64,000 nucleotides of DNA from an uncultured Chloroflexia bacterium. Lineage in GTDB: Bacteria; Chloroflexota; Limnocylindria; QHBO01. Position 1 is the stretch's first letter. Each line of letters begins with the position of its first letter. Positions 19,403 through 31,273 of the stretch are shown here, piece by piece. The stretch is taken from assembly GCA_963716585.1 (NCBI GenBank), contig CAVQTN010000004.1, positions 771,255 to 835,254 on the forward strand, written 5' to 3'. The notes under the pieces are model-generated. The model ran no database searches, was not told where the DNA came from, and saw only the letters and a list, made by a program, of their open reading frames with translations. Made by a program: the position numbers and the translations under genes.

Positions 19403-19923
19403 GCGCTCTCCGCCGCCCGCGAGCGGACCGCGTCGGCCAGCGCCGCGAGCAGCCAGCGTGCGGTGCCGCGGGCCGCGAGCTGCAGCAGCACGCGATCGGC
19501 AATCCGACCGATGACCCCGCCCGGCGGCGCATACCACCCTTCGAGCCGCAGCTCGCCGTCCGCGATGGCCAGCTGGCCGGCAAAGACCGGGAAGAGCGGC
19601 GCCAGCGTGGCTGCGCGCCAGCTCACCTCCAGCTCGTGGGCATTCCCCACTTGCTTCAGCGTCCCGAGGTCCACGAAGGCCGCCTTGCGGAAGAGGCCGT
19701 GCGCGCCGTCACCGATCTGCACGCCCAGGTCGGTGAGATAGCGGCGCATGCCCGCCGGCGCGCCAGCGTCGGCCAGGGGCGAGCCGAGCCATTCGAGCTC
19801 GGGGTCTTCGAGGAAGGCACGAACCTCGGCGGCTCGGAGCGCAACGTCGCGGACGACGACGAGGTGCGATATGCCGTCCCGCGACGCAGCGTGGATGGGA
19901 TCGGTTCGAACGGAGGTGTGCAT
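19399..19923 (-). CDS. Hypothetical protein (possible SRPBCC-like fold)
   Basis: Real start at MHTSVRTDP. The 735-aa ORF 19399-21606 is a GC-frame artefact overlapping real plus-strand genes. Confidence 0.4.
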   Translation of the reverse strand: MHTSVRTDPIHAASRDGISHLVVVRDVALRAAEVRAFLEDPELEWLGSPLADAGAPAGMRRYLTDLGVQIGDGAHGLFRKAAFVDLGTLKQVGNAHELEVSWRAATLAPLFPVFAGQLAIADGELRLEGWYAPPGGVIGRIADRVLLQLAARGTARWLLAALADAVRSRAAESA

Positions 19924-20064
19924 ACTGGCCACGATGCGCCGTCCGCGAGGCATGCGGCAGGGCCGAATGGCCCGCCGGATGCGAGCCATCGGTCGCGTGA
20001 TGCGAGCTAGCATGCGTGTCGCCGTTCCTCGCGGTGATCTCGCACAGAGACAGGAGAGCTTCCC

Positions 20065-20640
20065 ATGACTGCCATAGCGCACGGACCCAGCGAGCTGCGT
20101 GAGCCTCCATTCGCACGCTTCCTGTTCGCCGACACGCGCGCCTCCTGGATCTGGCTGATCATCCGCGTGTACCTTGGCTACGAGTGGCTCAGCGCAGGAC
20201 TGGGCAAAATCGGCTCGCCAGCATGGACCGGAGCGCAGGCGGGCACCGCCCTCACCGGCTTTGCGCATGGCGCGCTGGCCAAGACGAGCGGCGACCATCC
20301 GGATGTCACCGGCTGGTACGGCTGGTTCCTGGAGCACGTCGTGATCCCGAACGCCGGCGTCTTCGGCTGGCTGGTGACCCTCGGCGAGCTGGCCGTCGGC
20401 GCGGCGCTGATCCTGGGCGCGCTCACCGGGATCGCGGCCTTTTTCGGCGTGGTGATGAACGCAAACTATCTGCTTTCGGGTACGGTGAGCAGCAACCCCG
20501 TGCTGATCATCCTCGGTGTCCTGGTCGTGCTCGCCTGGCGCAATGCCGGATGGATCGGGCTTGACCGCTGGCTGTTGCCCGCGCTGGGCACGCCATGGCA
20601 ACCGGGCGCAGCATTCGACCGCCATTCCGATCCCACCTGA
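20065..20640 (+). CDS. DoxX family membrane protein
   Basis: RVYLGYEWLSAGLGK...LGELAVGAALILG, DoxX/TQO-small-subunit-like 4-TM pattern. Confidence 0.7.
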   Translation: MTAIAHGPSELREPPFARFLFADTRASWIWLIIRVYLGYEWLSAGLGKIGSPAWTGAQAGTALTGFAHGALAKTSGDHPDVTGWYGWFLEHVVIPNAGVFGWLVTLGELAVGAALILGALTGIAAFFGVVMNANYLLSGTVSSNPVLIILGVLVVLAWRNAGWIGLDRWLLPALGTPWQPGAAFDRHSDPT

Positions 20641-20675
20641 GTGGGGAGTGCCGCTGGCCGGCACAGGAGGTCGGC

Positions 20676-21659
20676 TCAGTCGATGCGGACGCTGCCCAGC
20701 CCGCCCCGGATCTCGATCGCGACGCGGTTGGTCGCAGTTTCGAAGTCCGCCGACTCGTAGCGGCCGCTGCCCGTCTTCGGGAAGCGGCTCTCGTCGACCC
20801 CCATCGAGCCGACGACCATCTGCGAATGGATCCGAGCCGCCACGCCGAGTGGCACGCTGAAGACGAGCTGCGCCGCGCCGGCATCGGCGTTGACGGCGGT
20901 CACGCCGGCGGCCGGCAGCGTCACCTTGGTCCGGCTTGCCCCGGTCTTGAGATCCAGCCGGCGCACGCGCAGGCTGCTCAGGTCGAGCGAGCCGCGGCTC
21001 GCGCCGCCCTCGATCCGCAGGTCCAGCTCGATGTCCGGCGCCAGCCGCAGGTCCCAGGTCAGGTGCTCGCCGCCCCACCACGAAGCGTGCTCGAGGTCCG
21101 GTGACAGCTCGACCCGATCGGGCGTCGGGCGCTTCGCGACGACGCCGCCGCGGAACTCGCCCTCCAGCAGCTTGCCGCTGCGTCCCGCGCTGACCTGCAT
21201 CTCGCCGGCACCGAAACGCAGCACGACCTCGGCGGTGCCACCCGGTCCCGCGTCGAGCGACAGCGTCTCCCTGGCCCTCCGGCCCTGGCCGGGCCACACG
21301 GCCCCGACCAGCAACACGGCGCCGATGGCGATCAGGATCAGCGGCCACCCCTGGCGCAGCAGTTCGCCGGCGCTGACCTGCAGGACCCCGAGGTTGGCAA
21401 GCAGGAACACGACGCCCAGGCCGATCAGGACGATAGGCGCGATCCAGCGCGCGATCCCCGGCGGCCCGTAGCCACGACCGTAGCCGAGCATTGACGGTGC
21501 GACCGATGCGACGCCCGCCAAGATCAGGAACAGCGGCCAGGCCCGCGACCAGGGCAGTCCCAGCGCCTGCTGGACCAGGAACACGATGCCCAGCCCGATA
21601 AGCCAAACACCGCCGAGCAGTGTTCCGCGGCGCGCCGGGTGATACGAGCGGTCGGTCAT
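20676..21659 (-). CDS. LiaF-like / DUF4097-type membrane-anchored beta-rich protein
   Basis: N-terminal TM helices followed by a repetitive beta-strand region (VTAVNADAGAAQLVF...RVAIEIRGGLGSVRI). Confidence 0.45.
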   Translation of the reverse strand: MTDRSYHPARRGTLLGGVWLIGLGIVFLVQQALGLPWSRAWPLFLILAGVASVAPSMLGYGRGYGPPGIARWIAPIVLIGLGVVFLLANLGVLQVSAGELLRQGWPLILIAIGAVLLVGAVWPGQGRRARETLSLDAGPGGTAEVVLRFGAGEMQVSAGRSGKLLEGEFRGGVVAKRPTPDRVELSPDLEHASWWGGEHLTWDLRLAPDIELDLRIEGGASRGSLDLSSLRVRRLDLKTGASRTKVTLPAAGVTAVNADAGAAQLVFSVPLGVAARIHSQMVVGSMGVDESRFPKTGSGRYESADFETATNRVAIEIRGGLGSVRID

Positions 21660-21712
21660 CGGTCAGTCCTCCACCAGATGGTACGCGGTTGCGGCGCCGA
21701 TAGACTCACCGC

Positions 21713-22954
21713 GTGAACTCCCCAGCGCCCCAGGGCTGGCGATCGCTGCTTGTCGCCTATGGCGTCACCTCGACCATCGAGGCGCTCGGCGTCAGTCAGA
21801 TCTTCGCCTACCTGCCACTGCGACTGCGCGAGGTCGGCCTGCCGGACGCCGATATCCCGGCCTTCACCGGCATCTTCACTTCCCTGATCTTCGTGTTCGG
21901 CATCGTGCTGGTCCCGTTCTGGGGCGTGTGGGCCGACAAGTACAGCCGTCGCGCGGTGATCGTGCGCAGCGCGGTCGTCGAGGCGATCGTGTTCGGCGCC
22001 GTCGCCTTGGCACGCGAACCATGGCAGCTCGCCGTGGCGCTGCTGCTCACGGGGCTGCAGCTGGGAAACACGGGAGTGATGCTCGCCGCACTGCGCGATG
22101 TCACGCCGCGCAATCGCATCGGCACCATGACCGCGCTGTTCGGGGCAACCAGTCCCATCGGCTTTGCGGTCGGACCGGTCATCGCCGGACTGATGATCGA
22201 CGGCCTGCAGCTGTCCCTCACCGCCGTCTTCTGGCTTTCCGCCGGCCTTTCGGCGGCGATCGTCCTCATCCTCCTGCTCGGCACGCGCGAGATCCGGCCC
22301 GAGGTCGTGCCGACTGGCCGCGTGGTGACGCTCGCCCGGGACGCGATCGTCGGCGTCCTGCGCGATGCGGGCGTGCGGCGGCTGTTCATCATCTTCGGCG
22401 TGGCGATCCTGGCCAACCAGATGTACCGGCCATTCCTGCCGATCCTGGTGGAGCGTATCTTCGGCAGCGGCGCCGGCCTGGCGAGCGCCATCGCGCTGGT
22501 GACTGGCACGGCCGCGCTGGTCGGGGCACTCGTGGCGCCGATCTCCGGACCGATCGGCGACCGCATCGGCTTCCGGCCGGTGCTCGCCGTGTCGCTCATC
22601 GGCGGCGGCGTGGTGGTCGGCCTGATGCCGCTCTCCAGCGGTGTGCTGCTGCTCGCGCTGCTGGCCGCCGTGTACGCCGTCTTCCAGGCAGCGGTGCAGG
22701 CCATGATGTTCGGCCTGATCGCCACCGAGGCACCGGCAGAGCGACGCTCGGCGACCCTCAACCTGGTGCTGCTGCCGCTGTACGTGGCCGGCATCATCGG
22801 TCCATCACTGGGCGCGGCGGTCGCGGCGGTGAGTGGCGTTGACGGGATCTTCCCGGCGGCCGGGGTGATCTTCGTGCTCGGCGGGCTGGGGGTCGCCGGC
22901 GTGCTGCGTCACCTCGGGCGGCGACTGCAGGGCGGTCGAACGCGGAATGCATGA
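21713..22954 (+). CDS. MFS transporter
   Basis: 12 TM helices, MFS motif-A-like GAVALAREPWQ... / GLMIDGL. Confidence 0.75.
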   Translation: MNSPAPQGWRSLLVAYGVTSTIEALGVSQIFAYLPLRLREVGLPDADIPAFTGIFTSLIFVFGIVLVPFWGVWADKYSRRAVIVRSAVVEAIVFGAVALAREPWQLAVALLLTGLQLGNTGVMLAALRDVTPRNRIGTMTALFGATSPIGFAVGPVIAGLMIDGLQLSLTAVFWLSAGLSAAIVLILLLGTREIRPEVVPTGRVVTLARDAIVGVLRDAGVRRLFIIFGVAILANQMYRPFLPILVERIFGSGAGLASAIALVTGTAALVGALVAPISGPIGDRIGFRPVLAVSLIGGGVVVGLMPLSSGVLLLALLAAVYAVFQAAVQAMMFGLIATEAPAERRSATLNLVLLPLYVAGIIGPSLGAAVAAVSGVDGIFPAAGVIFVLGGLGVAGVLRHLGRRLQGGRTRNA

Positions 22955-23019
22955 TTGGACTCGGCGTTTCCGCCAGGCTGCGTGTTGTGGAAGCTTGGCG
23001 GCGGATGCCGATCCGCGGC

Positions 23020-24210
23020 TCAGCGCAACGAACCGTACAGGTCCACCGTCGCCTGCGCGATCGCGTCCCAGCCGAACGACTCGACGGCTCGCCGCCGGCC
23101 GGCCGCGCCCATCCGAGCGCGAAGATCGGGCTGTGCCATGAGGCCATTGATCGCATCGGCCAGGTCGTGCTCGAACGCGGTCAGGTCGTCGGCGACGGGA
23201 ACCAGGACGCCGGTCTCGCCGTCGACCACCACCTCCGGAATGCCCCCCACCGCGCTGGCGACCACCGGCACGCCGCAGGCCATCGCCTCCAGGTTGATGA
23301 TGCCGAACGGCTCGTAGACCGAGGGACAGCAGAATGCGGCGGCATGGCTGTACAGCTGCCGCAGCTCCTCGCGCGGCAGCATCTCGGGGATCCAGACGAT
23401 GCCGGGCCGATGACTACGGGCCTTGGCCACCGCTTCCTCCATCTCCCCGGCGATCTCGGCCGTGTCGGGCTGGCCGGCGCACAGGACCACGCCGATGCGC
23501 GGGTCCAGGTGCCGAATGGCGCGCGCCAGGTGGACGATTCCCTTCTGGCGGGTGATGCGCCCGACGAACAGCAGGTAGGGCTGCGAGACGTCGATGCCGT
23601 GCCGCTCGAGCGCATCGGCCTCGTGCACGGGCCGGTAGAACTCGGTGTCGATGCCGTTGTGGATGACCTGTACGTGCGCCGGTTGCACCGCGAAGAGCCG
23701 CAGGATGTCCTCGCGTGTCTGGCGGCTGACGGCGATCACCGCGTCCGCCATCTCGAGCGCCGTGCGCTCGACCCACGACGAAACATCGAAGCCTCCACCC
23801 AGCTGTTCGCGCTTCCAGGGCCGCATCGGCTCGAGCGAGTGGACCGTGATGACGAGCGGAATGCCGTACGCCAGCTTCGCCAGGATGGCGGCGAGGTGCG
23901 TGTACCAGGTGTGGGCGTGGATGACGTCCGCGTCGACGGGTGCTGCCGCCATGCCGATGTCGCGGCCGAGGGCGGCAAAGACGCCGCTCAGCCCGTCGTC
24001 CGCCGGGAACCCCCGGACGCGCCAGCCGTCCGCCTGCTCGTCGTGGGCGCCGAAGGTGCGCACCTCGACCTCGACCAGCTTCCGCAGCGCGCGGGTCAGC
24101 TCGTCGACGTGCACTCCCGCGCCGCCGTAGACGTTCGGCGGAAACTCGTTGGTCAGGATCAGCGCGCGCACGCCTGCAAGGCTAGCAGCGAGATTGACCG
24201 GCTCGGGCAT
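23020..24210 (-). CDS. GT4 glycosyltransferase, actinobacterial glycogen-synthase (GlgM/GlgA)-like
   Basis: LILTNEFPPNVYGGAGVHV N-terminus. C-terminal E-x7-E GT-B region (PSVYEPFGIINLEAMACGVPVVASAVGGIPEVV). Confidence 0.75.
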   Translation of the reverse strand: MPEPVNLAASLAGVRALILTNEFPPNVYGGAGVHVDELTRALRKLVEVEVRTFGAHDEQADGWRVRGFPADDGLSGVFAALGRDIGMAAAPVDADVIHAHTWYTHLAAILAKLAYGIPLVITVHSLEPMRPWKREQLGGGFDVSSWVERTALEMADAVIAVSRQTREDILRLFAVQPAHVQVIHNGIDTEFYRPVHEADALERHGIDVSQPYLLFVGRITRQKGIVHLARAIRHLDPRIGVVLCAGQPDTAEIAGEMEEAVAKARSHRPGIVWIPEMLPREELRQLYSHAAAFCCPSVYEPFGIINLEAMACGVPVVASAVGGIPEVVVDGETGVLVPVADDLTAFEHDLADAINGLMAQPDLRARMGAAGRRRAVESFGWDAIAQATVDLYGSLR

Positions 24211-24236
24211 ACTCCCCTCGCGATGAGAAGCCGTCG

Positions 24237-24836
24237 GTGAGCAAGGGCAGGCTGGAGGCGTTCAGCGACGGAGTCCTGGCCATCATCATCACCATCATGG
24301 TCCTGGAGCTGGTGCCGCCCGCTGGGACGCGGCTCGAGGACCTCGGACCGCTGGGACCGCAGTTCCTGGCGTATCTCCTCAGCTTCGCGAACGTGGGGAT
24401 CTACTGGAACAACCATCATCACCTGTTCCAGGCCGCGCGGACCGTCGATGGCCGGGTCCTGTGGGCCAACCTGCACCTGCTCTTCTGGCTCTCGCTCCTC
24501 CCGTTCGGCACCGCCTGGATGGGCGAGCACGAGTTTGCCTCGATCCCGGTCTTCGTCTACGGCGTCGAGCTGCTGTTCGCGGCGTTCGCCTACTTCCTGC
24601 TGCTCCATGCGCTGATGAGCGCTCCGCGCCAGACGCACACGCTCGCCGAGGCCGTCGGGCGGGACACGAAGGGCAAGCTGTCGATCGTGGGCTACCTCGT
24701 CGCGACCCCGCTGGCGCTGGCACTGCCGCTCGTCGCGTTTGCCATCTACGTCGGGGTGGCGGTCGTGTGGATCGTTCCGGATCGGCGCATGGAACGATCG
24801 CTGACTGCCGACTCGGCACACGAAGCGGAGCGCTGA
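24237..24836 (+). CDS. TMEM175 (DUF1211) family potassium channel-like protein
   Basis: RLEAFSDGVLAIIITIMVLEL signature helix. Confidence 0.7.
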   Translation: MSKGRLEAFSDGVLAIIITIMVLELVPPAGTRLEDLGPLGPQFLAYLLSFANVGIYWNNHHHLFQAARTVDGRVLWANLHLLFWLSLLPFGTAWMGEHEFASIPVFVYGVELLFAAFAYFLLLHALMSAPRQTHTLAEAVGRDTKGKLSIVGYLVATPLALALPLVAFAIYVGVAVVWIVPDRRMERSLTADSAHEAER

Positions 24837-24854
24837 GCGCCGCGACGCGCTGAC

Positions 24855-24984
24855 TCGCAGCACGAGTCACTGCGGGAAGAAGGCGGAGCTCCTTCCCGAT
24901 TCGCGGCGGCGCACGAGTCGAATCGGAAGGAGCTGCCCGGATTCGGTGCCTGCTTCCGGGACTGACTCGCAGCACGAGTCAAGG
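24855..24984. repeat. 130-bp hairpin-rich direct repeat, copy A
   Basis: About 97% identical to 25700-25830. Each copy starts and ends with the palindrome GACTCGCAGCACGAGTCA and has an internal imperfect inverted repeat (CCGGGAAGAAGGCGGAGCTCCTTCCCGATTCG / CGAATCGGAAGGAGCTGCCCGG). Confidence 0.85.
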
Positions 24985-25038
24985 CCGGGTAAGCCTCCGA
25001 TAAGAGCCTGGTAACAGCCGCCGTGGAAACTTCTCACT

Positions 25039-25689
25039 ATGACCGCCAAGGAACGGCGCATGGACCGCGCCAGCAGGATCACACGGCGGGCGCTCGGGAC
25101 GATCGGAGGCGAGGTGCGCACTGCGCGACGAGCGCTCGGCGCCAGCCAGGACGCCGTCGGCGCCGCATGTGGACTCTCCGGCGCCGAAATCGGCCGGATC
25201 GAACGCGGCCAGGCCCCATGGCTCGATGTCGCAAATGCCTGTCGCGTGTTCGGGGCGGTCGGACTCGACCTGTCGGTACGCGGATTCGCGGCGGGCGGGT
25301 CCATTCGCGATTCGGTCCACGATCAGCTGCTCACAAGATTCGAGAAGCAAATCGCCGCCGTCTTCCGACCCCGGCGTGAGTGGGCTCTTCCGATTCCTGG
25401 CGATCCGCGAGCCATCGATCTCGTGCTCGAAGGGCTACCGAAGCTGATCGCCGTCGAGGCAGAGACATTTCTGGACGATCTGCAGAATCTGCAACGGCGA
25501 CTCGAATTGAAACGACGTGACTCGGGAATCGAGCGGATGATCCTGCTCGTTCGGGACACGCAGCGGAATCGGGACATCATCCGGGCTTCCGCCAGCCTGC
25601 GCACCGCGTTCCCGCTCGGGACGCGCGCTGTCCTCGGCGCGCTTCGGGTCGGCCACGACCCGCGAGCGAACGGCATCGGGTTCCTGTAA
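25039..25689 (+). CDS. HTH-XRE protein with conserved C-terminal domain (paralogue 1), bounded by the 130-bp repeats
   Basis: N-terminal HTH (RRALGASQDAVGAACGLSGAEIGRIERGQ). C-terminus shares D-x12-13-VEA-x-T ... GIER ... PLGTR-VL-AL motifs with the 47652-48326 paralogue. Confidence 0.55.
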   Translation: MTAKERRMDRASRITRRALGTIGGEVRTARRALGASQDAVGAACGLSGAEIGRIERGQAPWLDVANACRVFGAVGLDLSVRGFAAGGSIRDSVHDQLLTRFEKQIAAVFRPRREWALPIPGDPRAIDLVLEGLPKLIAVEAETFLDDLQNLQRRLELKRRDSGIERMILLVRDTQRNRDIIRASASLRTAFPLGTRAVLGALRVGHDPRANGIGFL

Positions 25690-25699
25690 GCGCGCCGGC

Positions 25700-25830
25700 C
25701 TCGCAGCACGAGTCAGTGCGGGAAGAAGGCGGAGCTCCTTCCCGATTCGCGGCGGCGCACGAGTCGAATCGGAAGGAGCTGCCCGGACGCGGTGCCTGCT
25801 TCCGGGACTGACTCGCAGCACGAGTCAAGG
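25700..25830. repeat. 130-bp hairpin-rich direct repeat, copy B
   Basis: Direct repeat of 24855-24984. Begins 11 nt after the HTH gene stop. Confidence 0.85.
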
Positions 25831-25849
25831 CGGCAGACACCGCTCGCGG

Positions 25850-25865
25850 TATACTCCCCAGCAGT

Positions 25866-25868
<3 letters not shown>
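25850..25868 (+). promoter_or_regulatory. Candidate -10 element (TATACT) for a near-leaderless copA transcript
   Basis: TATACT at 25850-25855, 10 nt upstream of ATG 25866. Flanking ATACT-N7-AGTAT inverted repeat. Confidence 0.25.
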
Positions 25869-28077
<2,209 letters not shown>

Positions 28078-28093
28078 GGCAGAGGTTCGACCG

Positions 28094-28297
28094 ATGACCG
28101 ATCTCGACCAGCGCGTCGACCAGGAGACCGACCCGGTGTGCGGCATGGCCGTCAACCCCGAGGACGCCCGCACCCAGGGGCTTACCGCCGAATACCAGGG
28201 ACGCGAGTATTTCTTCTGCAGCCGGGGATGCCTGCTCGAGTTCGCGGATGACCCGGCGCGCGCCTTCGAGCCGGACTCCGCCCCGCACATGCATTGA
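28094..28297 (+). CDS. YHS-domain metal-binding protein
   Basis: DPVCGMAVNPEDA...EYFFCSRGC, the YHS/TRASH CxC...CxxxC pattern. Confidence 0.7.
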   Translation: MTDLDQRVDQETDPVCGMAVNPEDARTQGLTAEYQGREYFFCSRGCLLEFADDPARAFEPDSAPHMH

Positions 28298-28300
28298 GCG

Positions 28301-29413
28301 ATGACCAGGACCGATGCGGCTCGCTGGCGCGACAACCTGCAGGGCGAGGTCGATGGCGCCCATGTCTACCGCGCCATGGCCGATGGTGCCGGCGACGACA
28401 AGCTCGCCGACCTGTACCGTCGCTTGGGGAGCGTGGAGGACCGCCACGCCGAGCTGTGGCGCGCGCGCCTTACCGAGGCATCGGCTGACAGTGTCGTGCG
28501 ACCTTCCTGGCGAGCGCAGGTGCTGGCCTTCGTCGCTCGGCGGTTCGGCGCCGGCCTAGTCTCGCCGATCATGGCCACCCAGGAGCGCCGGGGGCGGACC
28601 ATGTACGACGACCAGCCGGAGGCGGCCGGCACGTCGCTTCCGGCCGACGAGCGGTCGCATGCGCGACTGTTGCACAACGTCACCGGCGGCGCGAGCGGCG
28701 CGACGCTCGCGCGCTTCGAGGGCCGGCACCGAGGCATCGGCGGCAACGCGCTGCGCGCTGCGGTGCTCGGCGCGAACGACGGCCTGGTCTCGAACTTCAG
28801 CCTGGTCATGGGCGTGGCCGGGGCGACCGCGGGCGGCCGGCCGGTGCTGGTTGCGGGTCTCGCGGGCCTGCTGGCGGGATCGCTGTCGATGGCGCTCGGC
28901 GAGTGGCTCAGCGTGCAGAGCGCCCGTGAGCTGTACGCCAACCAGATCGCGACGGAGGCCGACGAACTCGCCGCCTTTCCGGACGAAGAGGAGCAGGAGC
29001 TGCGGCTGATCTACGAGTCGAAAGGCCTGCGGCCGGATGAGGCGCGGATGCTGGCGCATCGGATCATGGGCGGCGACCCGGCGGTCGCCCTCGACACGAT
29101 GAGCCGCGAGGAGCTCGGCATCGATCCGGACGACCTGGGCGGCTCGGCATGGGTCGCCGGCACCACCTCGTTCTCGCTGTTCGCGCTCGGGGCAGTCATC
29201 CCGGTGATCCCCTTCCTGATTGGGTCGGGCAGCGGTGCGATCGTGACCTCGGCGGTGCTGTCGGCATTCGCGCTCTTCGGGCTTGGGGCCGTGATCACCA
29301 TCATGACCGGCAAGCACGCGCTCCAGTCGGGCCTGCGCCAGGTGGGATTCGGACTCGCCGCCGCGGCGATCACCTTCGGCATCGGCACGTTGCTGGGGGC
29401 GGCCATCCACTGA
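28301..29413 (+). CDS. Membrane-bound ferritin-like VIT1/CCC1 iron transporter (MbfA-like: erythrin + VIT1)
   Basis: N-terminal rubrerythrin/erythrin-like helices (EVDGAHVYRAMADGAGD...EDRHAELW...ERSHARLL). C-terminal VIT1 (ALRAAVLGANDGLVSNFSLVMGVAGA... 5 TM). Confidence 0.7.
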   Translation: MTRTDAARWRDNLQGEVDGAHVYRAMADGAGDDKLADLYRRLGSVEDRHAELWRARLTEASADSVVRPSWRAQVLAFVARRFGAGLVSPIMATQERRGRTMYDDQPEAAGTSLPADERSHARLLHNVTGGASGATLARFEGRHRGIGGNALRAAVLGANDGLVSNFSLVMGVAGATAGGRPVLVAGLAGLLAGSLSMALGEWLSVQSARELYANQIATEADELAAFPDEEEQELRLIYESKGLRPDEARMLAHRIMGGDPAVALDTMSREELGIDPDDLGGSAWVAGTTSFSLFALGAVIPVIPFLIGSGSGAIVTSAVLSAFALFGLGAVITIMTGKHALQSGLRQVGFGLAAAAITFGIGTLLGAAIH

Positions 29414-29448
29414 TACGTCCGCGCGGGGACCGGTAGACTGCGTGGCAG

Positions 29449-30363
29449 ATGCCGCTCATCGCCGCCAGGGGACTGACGAAGCGCTACTCCGGAGGAGTCA
29501 CTGCCCTCGACGGGCTGACGCTGGACGTCGAACCGGGAATCATCGGCCTGGTTGGCGCCAATGGCGCCGGCAAGAGCACGCTGCTGAAGATCCTGCTGGG
29601 GCTCATCAAGCCGACCAGTGGCAGCGTCAGCGTGATGGACATGGACGTCGTCACGCAGGGCTCGCAGATTCGCCAGTTCGTCGGCTACCTGCCAGAGCAC
29701 GACTGCCTGCCGCCGGACCTGTCGGCGACCGATTTCGTGACCCACATGGGCCGCATGGCGGGGCTTCCGGCCGATGCGTCGCGTGAGCGCACCGCCGAGG
29801 TCCTGCGCCACGTCGGACTCTACGAGGAGCGCTACCGCGCCATCGGTGGCTACTCGACCGGCATGAAGCAGCGTGTCAAGCTCGCCCAGGCGCTGGTCCA
29901 CGACCCCAAGCTGCTGCTTCTCGACGAGCCGACCAACGGCCTCGATCCCGCCGGTCGTGACGAGATGCTCGATCTCGTGAAACGGACCGGCACGGAATTC
30001 GGGATCGCGACGATCGTGGCCAGCCACCTCCTCGGCGAGATCGAGCGCGTGTGCAACTTCCTGCTGGCCATCGACGGCGGCAAGCTGCTGCGCGCCGCAC
30101 CGATCGCGTCGTTCACCGAGCAGACCGGGACACTGGCGATCGACGTCGAGGAGGGCGCCGAGACGCTGGTGCAGCGCCTGGCCGACCACGGATTGACCGC
30201 CAGGCTCGATGGTCAGAGCGTGCTCGTGGACCTTCCCAACACGGAGCCGTACGACGTGGTGCGCGATACCGTCGACGAGCTGGGGCTGTCGCTGCTGCGG
30301 CTGGAGCAGCGACGCCATCGGCTCGAGGACCTGTTCAGCGGAGCAGCCGATGACGCTGCCTGA
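29449..30363 (+). CDS. ABC transporter ATP-binding protein
   Basis: Walker A GANGAGKST, signature YSTGMKQRV, Walker B LLLLDEPTNGLD. Confidence 0.85.
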   Translation: MPLIAARGLTKRYSGGVTALDGLTLDVEPGIIGLVGANGAGKSTLLKILLGLIKPTSGSVSVMDMDVVTQGSQIRQFVGYLPEHDCLPPDLSATDFVTHMGRMAGLPADASRERTAEVLRHVGLYEERYRAIGGYSTGMKQRVKLAQALVHDPKLLLLDEPTNGLDPAGRDEMLDLVKRTGTEFGIATIVASHLLGEIERVCNFLLAIDGGKLLRAAPIASFTEQTGTLAIDVEEGAETLVQRLADHGLTARLDGQSVLVDLPNTEPYDVVRDTVDELGLSLLRLEQRRHRLEDLFSGAADDAA

Positions 30364-31273
30364 CGCACCCGCCGTGGCGCGCACGCGGACCGGCGCGATC
30401 TACGACCTCGGCTACCAGGGCTACGACGGCCCGCGGCTTGGGCGCCGCGCCGCCATCGCCACGCTCTTCTGGTCGAGCTGGCGCTCCGCGTTCGGGCTGG
30501 GGCGCAGCGCGCGCTCCAAGATCGTGCCGTGGGGACTCACGATCATCGCCCTGCTGCCGGCGGCCGTGGCGGTCGGCATCGTCGCGCTGGTCGGTGACGC
30601 CGTGCAGCCATTCACCTACGACAACTACCTGCCCCAGATCGCCATCACGCTGAGCATCTTTGTGGCGGCCCAGGCACCCGAGCTCGTCGGCGGCGACCAG
30701 CGCAACCAGGTCCTGTCCCTCTACTTCAGCCATGCCATCCAGCGCATCGACTACGCCGCGGCCAAGATGGCGGCGCTGACGGCGGCGCTGCTGGTCGTCA
30801 CCCTGACCCCGCAACTCGTCCTCTTCGCCGGCAGGGTGCTGAGCTCCACCGACCTGCTGTCCGCGCTCGGCGACGAGGCACCCAAGCTGATCCAGATCCT
30901 GGTCTCCTCACTGCTCTATTCGGCGACCTTCGCGGTCATCGGGCTGGCGATCGCAGCCTTCACCCCGCGACGGTCGTTCGCCACCGGCGCCATCATCGCC
31001 TTCTTCCTGGTGACCTCCATCGTCAGCCAGATCCTGTCGTCGATCGGCACCGCCCAGCTGAGCCAGTACGCCCAGCTGCTCGACATCAACCAGGTGCTGC
31101 TGGGCGTTACCTACACGATCTTCGGCGGCCCCGGCTTCTCGTTCGGGCCGCCTCGCGACCCGCCGAGCCTCACCCCGGACCTGTCCGGCGTGGCCTACTT
31201 CGCGGCGCTGGCGATCGTGCTGGTGGTAGCCGCCGGGGTCGTCGTGCTGCGCTACCGACGGATCCAGGCATGA
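30350..31273 (+). CDS. ABC-2 type transporter permease
   Basis: 6 TM helices. 14-nt overlap with the ATPase gene. Confidence 0.65.
   Translation: MTLPDAPAVARTRTGAIYDLGYQGYDGPRLGRRAAIATLFWSSWRSAFGLGRSARSKIVPWGLTIIALLPAAVAVGIVALVGDAVQPFTYDNYLPQIAITLSIFVAAQAPELVGGDQRNQVLSLYFSHAIQRIDYAAAKMAALTAALLVVTLTPQLVLFAGRVLSSTDLLSALGDEAPKLIQILVSSLLYSATFAVIGLAIAAFTPRRSFATGAIIAFFLVTSIVSQILSSIGTAQLSQYAQLLDINQVLLGVTYTIFGGPGFSFGPPRDPPSLTPDLSGVAYFAALAIVLVVAAGVVVLRYRRIQA

Noticed and set aside
19399-21606. 735-aa ORF on the minus strand (and similar: 25713-27896, 52705-54825, 7543-8811, 12295-14100, 34425-35534)
   Set aside because: Low-complexity Arg/Gly/Ala/Pro-rich translations lying antisense to well-supported genes (DoxX, CopA, LCP, NnrS, P450, kinase). 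These are typical stop-poor antisense frames in 70% GC DNA.
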